A DNA stretch of 64,000 bases, taken from Octopus sinensis. Lineage: Eukaryota. The notes beneath the pieces are model-generated. The model saw only the letters and a program-made list of their open reading frames with translations. It made no database searches and was not told where the DNA came from. Shown in pieces: positions 27,856-42,589 of the stretch. The stretch's first letter is position 1; the number at the start of each line of letters is the position of its first letter. The position numbers were made by a program, and so were the translations under genes. The stretch covers positions 69,068,001-69,132,000 of the forward strand of contig NC_043007.1 in assembly GCF_006345805.1 (NCBI RefSeq), written 5' to 3'.

Positions 27856-28262
27856 CCTATAAATATAACTGCAGGAAGACATTCTTTTCGATTGGGCATC
27901 ATCACAATTTGGGTACCTTTTGACTATATCGCTCCTTCCAGTTATACAAAACACTATTGATACTATCAGGAAATTTGAGGTTTCTTGTTAAATGCTCATT
28001 TCCTATTTATGTTCTGTTATCCAGAGTTCAGAGCAATAAATGGATGAACATTTTAGAATGTCGACAGATGTATCGTGATTTCTGTTCCTGCTCTTTCGTT
28101 CCAGGTTCACCTCTTCAAACCAGCTTTCACGTAATGCAAAACCGGTTACTTTAGAACTCAGAAAAACGGTGATAGGCTTTCAACGTAATAGAATACGAAA
28201 TGGTTCTTGCCATTGTTATAATTATTATTGGGTATTTGTTGTTATTATTGTAACTGCTGTTC

Positions 28263-28316
<54 letters not shown>

Positions 28317-28429
28317 CATACAATAACAATTATAAGATGATGTAAACTATATAAAATACACACACACGCTTATATGTACGATATATATTCTTTGTTTTAT
28401 TTTTTAACTGGTTTCAGTAATTGGAATAT

Positions 28430-28660
28430 GCCCATTAAAATTTCAACAACACTCCCCAAATACAATTGGAAATGAGAAGATGCAGGGAGAAATACGAATA
28501 TGAAATGGGAAGCTAAAAGTAGAGCAGCAGCAACGTTTAAAAACGAATACAATTTGTGACTTCTGTCATTCTGAAGTTTCATATCCACAACTCAGCTCTT
28601 GTTCTGAACAAAGATACAATTTTATGTCAAAGCTCCCACTGGTTAAACATTGAACTCATT
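28430..28660 (+). mobile_element. Penelope-like endonuclease C-terminal relic
   Basis: Translates STTLPKYNWK*EDAGRNTNMKWEAKSRAA, matching the Penelope T.LSKYIW.LK......IKW pattern. Confidence 0.55.
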
Positions 28661-29394
28661 TATTTTCGTATTTCATGTTGTTTACTGTTGGTTAGGTTCG
28701 TATTTCATGTTGTTTACTGTTGGTGAGGTTTACTGTCGGTGAGGTACTGTTGGTGAGGTTGCATCATTTCCAAGTAAATTTATCTTAACCTTTTTGATGC
28801 GACTCTACTCCATACTGTTTTCTCCCCAATCCTCTCTAATTCCCTTTTTCTCACCTTTACCGTTTTTTATCTGTCGCTCTCTCTCCTCCTCTTTTTCTTT
28901 TTTTCTCTCGTTGCTCACACGTGACCATCGTCCGTCTTTCTTTACCTCACATGATCATCTTTCTTTACAGCGCGGACCATCTACGGACTGGACGTCTCCT
29001 ATCTCCCTCTTCTATCTTTTCTCTTTTCAAAGAAAATATTTTTCTCAGCGTTCACTATTTCCCCCCTTGTCCAGGTCTAATGGCCCTCCATGTCTGTTTT
29101 CGTTCGGTTTCCTTGTATGTCTCCACTGTCCTGTTTTTGTTCCTAACTTTGACCCTCCATGAATCCGAAATTTTATTTTGGTATCTATGGGAGCAACTAT
29201 CTTCGAAGACTCATATTTTCGTTGATTGCTCGAAATGGGGAGTAGGTAGACAGCTGACAACTGATGAAGAGTCATTCTTTGTATTCTTTGTATTACTTGC
29301 CTTGTTTTCCATTTTTTAGTTACGTATTTAACGCATTTGTTTTCGTATTTCATGTTGTTTACTGTTGGTGATGACCTGTGTCCATATATGCATA

Positions 29395-29777
29395 TCTTCT
29401 CTATATATAAACGGCAGTTTGTCTGTGTGCGTGTCTGTGTGTCTGTCAGGTTGTACCCTCACCCTGACCACGGCTTTCAACCGATTCTGATGAAACTTGA
29501 CACACACATAGCCCAATGTCATAATTCAAAACTAACGCAGCGAAAATTTTGAAAAGTTCCCCCAGTTCTGAAAAAATCGATAAATTCGACATGGGGTCGA
29601 GAATCAGAAACACAAACCACAGACTGTCTAGGGAACGCAACTCGACCTTTTTAACTCTCAAAAAAATTTACCATAATTTTTTTTCCATTTTTTTGCTATT
29701 TTTGGGCTATAACTCTCTAAAAATGCTTTATAGTTATTTCCCTTACAAACCCGAGCAACGCCGGGCGATACTGCTAG
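29395..29777 (+). mobile_element. Non-autonomous Helitron
   Basis: 5' TC, 3' CTAG, subterminal hairpin CCCGAGCAACGCCGGG, inserted between A and T. The same 3' end occurs at 50074. Confidence 0.8.
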
Positions 29778-29966
29778 TATATATATATATATATATAAAT
29801 TGAGATAGGGCTTGTGAGTGCAACCCACCATGGGATAACATATATCCAATATACTGCCAGTAAAGCACCCAACAAAGTTAATACATAAATGTTAAGAATT
29901 GCGATGCAATTAATTCATTTATTGTATTATATGGGCGAAGGTAAAATGTTTTACCACAAATTAATA

Positions 29967-30197
29967 ATACAAAGTAAGAAAATGAAGAAATACACCTTAA
30001 TCCATAATCAACTACCAGATAATACCCATTCACATAATTTATTAACCAACTACATATGAACATCAAGGTCAAACATACTGTACTATTATGTTTGACCTTG
30101 ATGTTCATATGTAGTTGGTTAATAAATTATGTGAATGGGTATTATCTGGTAGTTGATTATTGATTAAGGTGTATTTCTCCATTTTCTTATTTTGTAT
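29967..30197. repeat. Near-perfect inverted repeat with 111-bp arms and a 9-bp loop
   Basis: 29967-30077 is the reverse complement of 30087-30197 with about 3 mismatches. Confidence 0.92.
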
Positions 30198-30200
30198 ATA

Positions 30201-30238
<38 letters not shown>

Positions 30239-30315
30239 TATATATAATATATATGTATATATGTATATACATATATATATGTATATATATGTATATATAT
30301 ATACATACATACATA

Positions 30316-30480
30316 CACGACGGGCTTCTTTCAGTTTCCGCCTACCAAATCCACTCACAAGGCTTTGGTTGGCCCGAAGCTATAGTAGCAGACACTTGCC
30401 CAAGCCGCCACGCTATGGGACTGAACTTGGAACCATGTGGTTGGGAAGCAAGTTTCTTACCACAAGCAACTTCTTCGCCT
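30316..30480 (-). mobile_element. CORE-SINE 5' half
   Basis: ACGACGGGCTTCTTTCAGTTTCCG...CACTTGCCCAAG...CTTACCAC, as in 27693-27845. Confidence 0.75.
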
Positions 30481-30492
30481 ATATATATATAT

Positions 30493-30544
<52 letters not shown>

Positions 30545-30555
30545 ATATATACATA

Positions 30556-30665
<110 letters not shown>

Positions 30666-30725
30666 GTATATATTATATGTGAGTGTATATAAATTTTCAT
30701 ACTTCTCTCTCCCTCGCTCTCTCTA

Positions 30726-30760
<35 letters not shown>

Positions 30761-31351
30761 CTCAGACACATATATACATACATGCATGCATTCATGCATA
30801 CGCACGTTTATTTATCCGTCCATCCATCCTTCCATCCATCCATTCATTCACTTATCCATCCGTGCATACAAGCATACATTGCATACATACATACATACAT
30901 ACATACATACATACATACATACAGACATACATACATACATACATACATACATACATACATACATACATACATACATACATACATGTTCATACCTATATAG
31001 ATATATTCTATTGTTTGTTAGAGGCGTGACTTCCAATTCATTAAATATATCATTTACCATTGAATTTAACATCTTCAACGGTCCACTACGGTCGACTGGA
31101 TACTGCAGAGTAGAGCCCACCTACTTGCAGACACACTCACACACACACAAACACACGCACACAAAAAAACATCTACACACTCGTTTTCACATATGTTTAC
31201 TGTTCTCTACTAACTTGTTTTCAAATATGCACTAACTGACTCACACACTCGAGTGCATACACACACGCGTAAACACGTAAACAAATATCCATAGATACAC
31301 GTGTGTGTGCGTGTGTGTGTGTGTGTGTGTGTGGCTGTGTGTAGCTGCATA

Positions 31352-31393
<42 letters not shown>

Positions 31394-31661
31394 TATGCAG
31401 CTACACACAGACACATATATACATACATGCATGCATTCATGCATACGCACGTTTATTTATCCGTCCATCCATCCTTCCATCCATCCATTCATTCACTTAT
31501 CCATCCGTGCATACAAGCATACATTGCATACATACATACATACATACATACATACATACATACATACATACATACATACACACAGTCCCTTTGCATACTG
31601 AACACTTGGTGAAATTGATTAATAATTAATTAATTTTGCCCTCAATTGTTGAAATATATAT

Positions 31662-31738
<77 letters not shown>

Positions 31739-31751
31739 GTGTATATGTACT

Positions 31752-31805
<54 letters not shown>

Positions 31806-31844
31806 ATATATATATATATATATATATTTGTGTGTATATATATA

Positions 31845-31909
<65 letters not shown>

Positions 31910-32113
31910 ATTATATATATAATATATATATACATACATATATAACCTAAAAGAAGAAATAAATTTGCCTTTAGGTTGTAAAATTGCGAATTAGCCACCC
32001 ATGACATTTATATATATATGTGTATAATATATATATATATATCTCCTGAGCGCCTATAATAATAATACTGTAATTGTTCCTGTTGTTGTTGTTTTTTTGT
32101 TTCCTTTTGGATT

Positions 32114-32177
<64 letters not shown>

Positions 32178-32959
32178 ACATGACTGAAACAAAAGGGTAC
32201 AGGTTTATATATATATATATACTTATATGTGCTTACACACATATACATATATATTCGATTCGATTCGTTCCGTTTCGTTTCTTCTTCTTCTCCCAGTACA
32301 GTTTTTATATATGTATATATATGTATATACGTATATATATGTGTGTGTATACATATCTATATATGCATACTACATACATACATACATACATACATACATA
32401 CATACATACGTACGTACGTACATACATACATACATACTTACATGCATACATACATACATACATACATACATTCATATATACATACATACATGCATGCGTG
32501 CATGCATGCATGCATGCATACATACATACATACATGCATACATACATACATACATACATACATTCATACATACATTCATACATACATACAAACAAACATA
32601 CATACATACATACATACATACATACATACATACATACATACATACATACATACATACATACATACATACATACACACGCATACACACGCATTTGAGATAT
32701 AAAGAGAAAGATGTATGTGTATGGGTTTACTGTGGATCTGGTCCGAATTCTTACATTTAAGTGAACTCAGCTAAAGCTGTCCAAGGACTAGATGGTAAAT
32801 TTGAACTAGATGACGAAGAACTGAGAAAAAATACCGCAGTGCATCTTCTCGAAGGCTCTAACGATTCTGCTTGCCCAAATCTTGGAATATTCATTACTAC
32901 TCTAGGCAGAAGGCCCGAAATATTGGCATACATATATTCATATATTCATACACACACAC

Positions 32960-33009
<50 letters not shown>

Positions 33010-33061
33010 TCACTCACTCTTTTACTTGTTTCTGCCATGCTGCTACACTCATGCTGGAGTA

Positions 33062-35440
33062 CCGCCGTGATCTTTCTGATTTCCTCTGTCTGGGATGCTT
33101 CCCATCACCACTCCTGGGTGTGCCTTTGTCCCAGCTGTTGGCCTATTTGGTGTATAAGTGAGTTTAATTCCGCTGCCTGATGTCGGGCAGTTGGTTCATC
33201 CGTTATTGTGGAGAGGAAGATGTCTAGTTCTTTTCTGAAGACATCTACTTCCACCTTATGAAGATTTCTTAATTTTTGTGGCAGGTTATTGAAGAGCTGT
33301 GGGCCTTTGATCCCTAGACCGCCTTCACTCCAGGGAGTAAAGTTGCAGCTTTCTCAGCCTATCCTTGTAGCTCATCCACTGCACCGTTTCAATCTTTTTA
33401 GTGTGGTGGCGTTGGACTGCTTCAAACTCCGCTGTTAGTTTGGCACGGTGGTGGCCATAACTGGGAGCAGTAGTCCAGACGGCTGAGAACAAAGGTTCTC
33501 CACAGGGTTAACATAGTTTCTTGGTATCTTGTCTTGAACGACTTCAGTATCCATCCTACCAGTTGTCTGCACTTTTCTGCCATCTTGGTAATGTGCATAT
33601 AAAATGATGCGCTATTGCACATACTAATCCCTAAGTCTTTCACTGCCTGTTATTCTGGGATTGTAGTACCTTCGGGTCCTGTATATGCAGGCTGTTGTGC
33701 ATTCATGAGTTGGTAGTGCATTGATCGAAATTTTCTCGCGTTAAACTGCACGTTGTTTATTTCGGCCCACTTGTATATCGAATTTAAGCTTACGACGTCA
33801 TCTCGATTTTTTATTGCCTCTGATAATTTTGAATCATCAGCATAGCTAGTGACAGTGGCTGTCCGAATGACTGTGGGCATGTCTACGAGGGTTATTATGA
33901 ACAGTAATGACCCCAGAACAGTTCTCTGGGGGGGGGCACCACTTAGGATTTGTGTTTCCTCAAAAATGGTACCATTGGTGCAACTACCTGACTTCTGTAT
34001 TTAAGGAAGTCGTGCAGACTTTCAATTTACCAGCAATGCCAAGGTCTCGTAGCTCATGACATATCATGCCATGATCTACCTTATCAAATGCCTTTGCAAA
34101 GTCAAGGTATATTACACTGACATCTGAATGGTCAAGCAGCTGTTTCAAAATCCAGTCATAGTGCTGTAGAAGTTGTGTGAGGCAGCTTCTTCCTGGACTG
34201 AAGCCATGCTGTGTAATGTTCAGTAGGTCATTTTCTTCTAGGAACATTACCAACCTCTTTCTGATTATTCGCTCCATGACTTTACTGATATGTGAAGTCA
34301 GAGAGATTGGCCTGTAGTCTTTGGCCTCTGCTCTGTTTCCACCTTTGTGGATAAATCATATAATGCCTTCTTTCAGCTTTTTAGGAAGTTTACCACTTGC
34401 AAGGAAACTTTTGAAGAAGTATCTGAAGTGGTTTCGTTAAAGCCTGCTCAGGAGAATAGCTGGGAAGCCACCAGGACCAGTTGCAGAGCATGAGCTCATT
34501 TTATTTATGGGAGCTGTTACATCTGTCTCCTCAATATTGATGTAATCAATGGCTGGTGCCTCTTTTTTAGAGATGCAATATTAAAGAATTAAGCCGTTTT
34601 TTTTTAACTGCCTGTGTCCAAGGCGTAAGGGAAGACGCTTTTAAATTGTTCTCTGAGTATTTCACTTATCCTTCCTGAGTTCGTGGTCAGTGAGTCATTC
34701 CCTTGAAACAATGATCCTGTTTTATATTGTATTGTGTCTGTTTCCTTTGCGAATTTATAGAAAGCTTGGAGATTTGTTTTTATGCTTTCCACAGCTCTGC
34801 TCTCTCTCTCTGCTCTTACCCTTTCGTGAGAGAGCTTGATGTAGTTTGAGTTTGTTTCAGATAGTTACCCTGCTTGTTGATCCGATAAGATTTGGGATAG
34901 GCAAAGCTGCAGCCCTTTCCCCGTGCCAGCAGGTGCCATTTAAATAAATTCTTCGAACAACCCGGGCTCTGTTAATTTTTGTGCTTGTGCTTCTTCGTTT
35001 TTCGTTTTGGCGTTATGGATTTTTTGTCTTTGTTCTGGTCCTTCCTGTTACCTTTGGGCTTCAGAGCATCAGTTTTCCTGGCTGCGTCATTATTTTGCCT
35101 GCCTCTGTTTTTCAACACAGTCCAGCTTAGACTGTTCTCACTGTCAGTGCTGTTGTCAGTGCTGCTGTCGGTGCTGTTTTTAGGGCCGGTGGTGTTCGCA
35201 GTTACTTTTTTGATATTGTCTATTTGTCCTTCATTGGTTTCCAGATATGCAAGGTGGTCATTGAGCACTTCAGTTTCCGTCATTATGCTTTGCTGTAGGG
35301 CGATATGTGGCTTGACAAAAGCATAGGAGTGTATGGACACCTGTTTCTTACGCATGTTCTGTGCCATGGACCTGTGGAAACGATAGCTTTTGGTTAAACT
35401 GCACCGCAAAATGTGGGAGTAGTTAGTAATCTAAATCGTA
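33062..35440 (-). mobile_element. Degenerate CR1-type LINE with an internal deletion (ORF1 piece plus RT)
   Basis: ORF pieces QHGF.PGRSCLTQLL, VIYLDFAKAFDKVDH, YADD, KDLGI and RLDYCSQLW. The APE domain appears to be missing between ~34950 and ~34800. Confidence 0.85.
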
Positions 35441-35687
35441 GGAGACAGACACTCACACAACTTCACTTTTATATATAAAGATATATATATATACGATGGT
35501 CTTTGTTCCGTTTCCGTTTACCAAATCTACTCACAAATCCACTATATCCGTGTCTATTATAGAAAACACTTGTTCAATGAGACATAGTGGGTGTGAACCA
35601 GAAACCGTGTGGTTCGGAAACAAAGTTGCATCATTATATAATGATAATAATAATAATAATAATAATAATAAAATAATAATAATAATA

Positions 35688-35722
<35 letters not shown>

Positions 35723-35829
35723 GTGATGATAATAATAATAATAATGATAATAATAATAATAATAGTGATGATAATAATAATAATAATGATAATAATAATA
35801 ATAATGATAGTGATGATGATGATGATAAC

Positions 35830-36295
35830 GTAAATACAAAAGACGCCACGACAATGAGGCAAGAATGATCCATTGAGAGCTGTAGAAATCACGGCCTACA
35901 GAGACCAAGGACGTGGTATGAGCAAACTTCAGAAGGAGTAATTGAAAATGAGAATTGCAAAATCCTTTGGGATGCAATGATCCAGTGTGATCGCCTGACC
36001 AGACATCGGAAACCGGACATTGTTGTGTTGAATAAAAAAGAAAGAACATGTATGATAATTGACATAGCATGCCCCGGTGACAACAGGATCAATGTGAAAG
36101 AATAATAAGAAATAAGCAACTATGACGATTTGAAGTGGGAAATACGAAGGCTGTGGTCAATGAAGGGAGTAGAGTTGATACCAATAGTAATTGGTGCACT
36201 TGGAAGTCTCAGCACTCAGCTACCAACATGGCTAAAAAAGATTGGTGCAAGTGTGAAGGTAGAACACCTGAAAAAATCAGCATTGCTTGGAAGAG
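35830..36295 (+). mobile_element. Dong/R4-type RLE fragment
   Basis: YKRRHDN, WYEQ, KILWD, KPDIVV, IDIACPGD, PIVIGALG. Begins directly after a (TAA/TGA)n tract. Confidence 0.8.
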
Positions 36296-36661
36296 TAAAA
36301 GAAGAAGAAGGAAGAAGAAGAAGAAGAAGAAGAAGAAGAAGAGAAGAAGAAGAAGAAGAAGAAGGGGAAGAAGGGGAGGTGGAGGAGGAGGAGGAGGAGA
36401 AGAAGAAGAAGAAGAAGAAGAAGAAGGGGAGGAGGAGAAGAAGGAGGAGAAGGAGGAGAAGGAGGAGGAGAAGGAGGAGAAGAAGGGGAGGAGGAGGAGA
36501 AGGAGGAGAAGAATATCCAGCTTAGCATAATTTTGATGGGACGAGTCGGTTACAACGATCCCATGGGCGAACTAGTACTTATTTTGTCGACCTCGGAAGA
36601 ATGTCAGGCAAAGTCAACTTCGTCGGTATTTGAACACAGAAAATAAAAGAAGAGGTATACA

Positions 36662-36900
36662 TACAAGGTGCATTCCAGAAGTTTCGAGACGCTTTCAAGA
36701 CAGACATTTCTTAATATCAAAGAAGTACAAACTCTAATCTCCTTCAGAGTAGGATCCTTTGACTCAGATGCACTTGTTGTAGCGCTCCAGCCAATTCGCG
36801 AAGGCCCCATGGATATCCTCCAAATTGAGGTTGTTGGGGATCCTTGTCCCAGCCTCTTTCATCTTCTCAAAATCTTCAAGACTAATTGTTTGGTACTTTA
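36662..36900 (-). mobile_element. mariner transposase 3' relic
   Basis: Minus strand AFANWLERYNKCI*VKGSY matches the mariner C-terminal W..R..KC....G.Y motif. Confidence 0.6.
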
Positions 36901-37060
36901 TTTTATCAAACCCGGGAGGATATAAATCTAAGTACTCCTCGACAGAATTTGAATTTAGAGCATAACTACTACAAGGTAATTTGTCCAACTCTCTGGCTAT
37001 TCACATATTCCGACGTATATCATTATTTCATATCGTCATTAGGTGCAAAACTAATTTCTT

Positions 37061-37478
37061 GGATCTTTTCGGTTTGAACGACAATTTTTTAAAATAATTT
37101 CCGCGTAACTAAGCACTATTAAACTTCGTATACTGGTAGAATGTGTTTATAAAACATCTTTTTCTCTTGGCTTTATTGAGAAAATTCTATAGTTTGTAAG
37201 ATATTTGTTGTGTTTTTTTCCTTCAATTTCTGCAATTTCATGCAATCAATGACGTCTATTGAGGTAAAAACATTCTGTGCCGTATGAATATGTCCCTCGT
37301 TTAAGAAACAGATTGGGTTTATTTACATTTCTGAAGAAAAAAGATACCCTTCCCACCACCCTTAACCCTAACCCTAAAACAGATTGAAATGCAATAGATC
37401 GATACTATGGTCATAATTATGGGTGACAATTTCGTATGACACCCCTAGAAAAAACTGCCGTTCAAACCGAAAAGATTC
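37061..37478. mobile_element. MITE with ~28-bp TIRs and a perfect 8-bp TSD
   Basis: TIRs GGATCTTTTCGGTTTGAACG / CGTTCAAACCGAAAAGATTC. TSD AATTTCTT at 37053-37060 and 37479-37486. Confidence 0.88.
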
Positions 37479-38296
37479 AATTTCTTTAGTTTTGCATTCA
37501 GCTTCATTAGTTTCACATTAAGAATAAGTATGCCTAATATAGAAAGAACACATGTTATTTACTGTATTTTCTGTATTCCTGAGGTAAATTCAGTGCATTT
37601 GTTATGATAATTGTTTTTAAAGTACAGCTTTGTGAGCAACACATTAATTAATAGTAGTGTTTGAGATTTTCTATTGCCTGGGGTATGATCTCTGTTTGTA
37701 GCACACACACATACATATAGACTCACACCTACGTATGTATGTGTCCATGTATGCATGTATGTATGCATGCATGTAAGTATGTATGTATGTATGTATGTAT
37801 GTATGTATGTATGTATGTATGTATGTATGTATGTATGTATGTATGTATGTATGTATGTATGTATGTATGTATGTATCGCAACCCCCTGGTCTTCCCAGCC
37901 CTAAACATAAAACAGCAAAGTGAGATTAATCAAACAAGAACATCGAGACAAAAACAACAGCAAAACACACATAAATGTATATGTGTGTGTATACACACAC
38001 ACACACACACACACACATAATATGTATGTGTGTATATATGTGTGTGTGTGTGTGTAACTTTCTAATTCAAAAGCTTTAAAATGAAGAATATTAAAGTCTA
38101 TGATATTTTGAAGACAAGTGGTTGTTGAATAGTCAGGAGGTAAAAATATACAAACAAAAAAAAAAAAAAAAATGAATAACTAAATAAATAAAGAGATAAA
38201 ACCCATTTAAAATATAAAAGGAGAATTACAAGCAAGGGAGGTAAAAGACACGTATGAATATGTGTGTATGTATGTGTGTGTATGTATGTGTGTGTA

Positions 38297-38376
<80 letters not shown>

Positions 38377-38619
38377 ATTTGGGAATGAACATATTTGTAT
38401 GCGAGATAGATATAAGGAAATTTCCGTGGGAAGTAATTGTGAGGGTCTTCCTAGCCAAAGCTGGATATGGTTACTGAGGTGCTGCTACTTTGAAAAGAAA
38501 ACAAATTCTTTTCGGATATACTTTCAAAAGACGCGGGCGTGGGTTTGCGTTAATAGCCCCATGGTCCCGGGTTTCAGTCCCACTGCGTGGCACCATGGGC
38601 TAGTCTCTTCTACTAGGGC

Positions 38620-38820
38620 CTATTCTCTTGGTTTGGTCCCATGTGACCATCATTTGTTCCCGGACCTGAAAAAAATCTCTTGGCTATAAACCAGTTTCAC
38701 AGTGGGTCCATGACGTCATATCTGTTGTTGATGACTTGTTTGACCAACAGGAAGAAAACATCGTCACTAATGGGATCCCAGCACTGCAACACTGATAGAA
38801 GTGTGTAAACAGCAAAGCAT
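38620..38820 (+). mobile_element. mariner transposase 3' relic
   Basis: YSLGLVPCDHHLFPDLKK resembles the mariner YSPDLAP.D..LF motif. Confidence 0.65.
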
Positions 38821-40059
38821 GCCCCGGCAAAAGAAGAAAAAAAACAGACAACGATGGCGATTTGAAGTGGGAAATATGAAGGTCACACTCCATAAGAGTA
38901 TCTTGGTCAGTCTATGGTCTTCCTGATTGGAAGAAGAAGAAAGAAGACACCAACATCCTCTCAACGATTAGCCAGAGATGATTTTCAAAATTAGAATATC
39001 TGAAATAAACTCGACCGCTCTCACAGACGAGAATACTATTAATGAACCCGACCGCTCTCAATAATTAAGTGACAAAAAGCAGGAAAAATAATCCAGAATC
39101 CTTATCCGATACCGGATTGATCTCAAGATCTAATTATTTCGTACCAATTACAAGACCAAACATCCTTAAAAGTTTCATCCGAATCCATCCAGCCGTTCTT
39201 GAGATATCATGTCCACGGACAAACAAACAAACACGACTGAAAACAATACCTCCGCCTTCGCTAATGTGTGTGTGTTTAGGTTTGTGCTTGCGTATGTATG
39301 TGTTTGTATGTATGTGTATGTATGCTTGTATATGTGTATGTATATATCGATGTACGTATACATTTGAGGCGGGTGATTTAATGTCTTGGTTTGCGTTGTT
39401 TTATTTAAGACATTGAAGAAACAGATTTTTTCATTCACCTATGAATAATGTCATGTAAATTGTGTACAATTTCATATATTGTCAATTAATAGGTGACTTT
39501 AAATATTTTTTTTAATTACTTTAATTCTTATTTATGATAATTAAATGAAATAAGTCATTTTTTTCTGGGACTTCATTCTGACCATGATTGTGACTTTTCT
39601 AACTATATTTCCTGTCACACCATTTCTCTTCACCATTTTACCACACACAGTAGCATTGAATCTGTCTCAAGATTTATATTAAGGGGTGGAGTATCAATGG
39701 AATACTATAATTGGAAGAGTATATTATTACGGTTACGTTGATCGAACAGCTGAATTCAAAACAGATGATAAATCAATCATTCTACTATACCACTTAATAC
39801 AGCGTCATTCTGATACTGCTTGGAGATTATGTTAAATGTAGAAGTCTCTTTGGAATACGCAACCACTTATTCCAGGAGATATGAACTGGAATTTTATCGT
39901 CGTCTACTTTGACTTACTGGTTATTTCCGCAAACCACTTTAGCATAAAACCATCAAAATATAACTAAAAGTTAAACAGAGTGATTTCCATTTAACATCAA
40001 ATAATGCAACCTAGTGGAAAATAATAAAACAAACATACGTATAAATATATGCTCAAACA

Positions 40060-40370
40060 TAGACGTCAATGAGGTTACCTTCACTGGATTTAACTCTAAT
40101 ATTGAAAAAGAGGTACATAAGCATGACCGAAGGCAAATTCAAGCAACGCTTTACAATCACACTGCTATATAATACCAGAGCACACACTTCAAGATAAAGT
40201 GGAGAGCTCTAGAAAGATTCGTACCATATTCAAAAACTGCAATGTGACTTTACGATAGCTGCATAATGCGTAACAGCCTCCCTCAACTTCTGGTTAACAC
40301 ACTCATTTAGGTTGAATTTAAATGCATGAAGAAATGAGCCTTCGGTTCTAATTCAGAAACGATTCGTCTA
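40060..40370 (+). mobile_element. Penelope-like GIY-YIG relic
   Basis: KRYISMTEGKFKQRF and KIKWRALE, followed by a hammerhead-like motif at 40326-40368. Confidence 0.6.
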
Positions 40371-40821
40371 TAATTAATCCATAGGCTGGGATTTCATTAT
40401 TTTCTTCCTTTTTTGCCATATACAGGTTACAAATTCTGTTTGTGGAGACTTTTTATTAGTAGAAGAAATAGTGATCAATTTGGCTGCTATTTCTAATATT
40501 TTCGGTATGTGGTTTTGAGCAACTTGTTGCAATTAACCCTTAATTATAATCCTTATAATCCTTACCAAATATGGTCTTTTCCAATCCTTAACAAATATGG
40601 TCTTTTCCATACCGATAAATCTACTACGTGAAATTTATTAATTTTATTAAATCATTTATATTCCACCCTTTTTTGCGTATATATATATATATAGATATAA
40701 AATCATACGTATGTATATATATATTATATATATATATATATATAAACAAATTCCGCTTACTTCGAGCTGTGCGTATTATAGCGGACAAACTTGGTGCTTC
40801 AACTTAATCAACTGAATCTCA

Positions 40822-40908
<87 letters not shown>

Positions 40909-40964
40909 ATTATATATACATATATATATACATATACATATATATACATATACACACACACACC

Positions 40965-41013
<49 letters not shown>

Positions 41014-42489
41014 ATTATATATACATATATATATATATATAATTTCTGTATGTTCGTGTATATGCATGCCTAAATGTGTATGTAAAACTTAATGAGCATG
41101 TGTACGTACGCGTATGTGTATACGTGTATTTCTACATCTATATGCTTTCCACATATGTTGGGTGTATGTTGTTTATGGGAACTTTTCGCTGAGACAGTTA
41201 TAGTCAAATAGCACTATACACATCACGATAATAACCTCTACACAAACCACTAGTACCAAATGAATGGCTCGATCACGTTGGATAAATTATGACGAACCAA
41301 TGAAAAACATTTTCTCAAGAAACGCTGAGTTAGTCTCTATCAATATTTTCATATATATTTTACCACCAACCGTGTCTTCAGTATTCCTACCTACTGATAT
41401 ATCATACATGCACACGCACACGCACACACACACACACATTGGGAGACGCATACACACACGCACACACGATCGAGTATATCGGTATAGGTTTGACATGACT
41501 ATGTTACCCTCCAATTCATATAAAGCATTGTACTATGTTGTACTGTATTTTATTGCATTGAATAGGTTACATTTTATAGTGTACTGTGGTGAACTCTTTT
41601 CATGTGTTTCGTTTATTTATAATTTTTTTGACAAATAAAGAAAAAAAACATAATTTATTTGTCATTATCAGTGTTATTTTATAATTGTTTATCGTTTTTG
41701 CGAATTTTTTAAAAATATAGCTGAAATTAATTATAAAAGAGACTCAATAAAAATCAAAGCATTGTTCATGTCTTCGTTTTTCTTCTTCTCATTTTGATTT
41801 ATTTCCTATTTATTTGGTGAGGTATTTTTTCCTGTTGCTATACTTACTGTAGTCTATTTTCTTTTCCATTTGCATTATAAATTTCTTTTGTTTTTCTATT
41901 CTTGTTTTTCTTTTTATATGTTTGCATAAGTGCGCCAGTTTTTACAAAGGGCAGATAAAATGATGAGCTGTGAAGTTCATTCGTTTCCGAAAATTACAAT
42001 GGACATAAAACGAAATTTCTTTAAAAGAAAGCTCGTATTTTACAATAATCATCGCACTTTCGGTTTTCTTCTTTTTTTCTTTTCTTCTTTCCGTCATTTC
42101 TTAACATTAATTTTGGTTTCACTTTTGCAGCGGAAAGTGACCAGCGGTTGTCCTGGCCATACACCAGCTGCAATATATTCACCATCCTGTGAGAATAGGA
42201 AGCTCTTTACAGGTTAATTCTAGCCTGAATCAACAGCAACAAAATATAAAGAAAGGTTGTGTTCTTCTAAATTCAAGAATTATTTTGATTAGGAATACAT
42301 ACATAAATACATGCATGCATGCATGCATACATACATACATACATCATATATGTATATATATATATATCGTCATCTGTATGTGTGTGTATGTACGTATATA
42401 TTTATACATTATAAATACATTATATGCATATGTATGTGCATATGTATATATATATAAATACATATACATACATATATATATACATACAT

Positions 42490-42589
<100 letters not shown>

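Noticed and set aside
29185-29275. Hammerhead-like stem GAGCAA...TTGCTC GAAA and a downstream CTGATGAAGAG
   Set aside because: The CUGANGA core before the stem is destroyed and no GUH follows, so it is too degenerate to call.
40557-40609. 26-bp tandem duplication
   Set aside because: An ordinary slippage duplication with no further structure.
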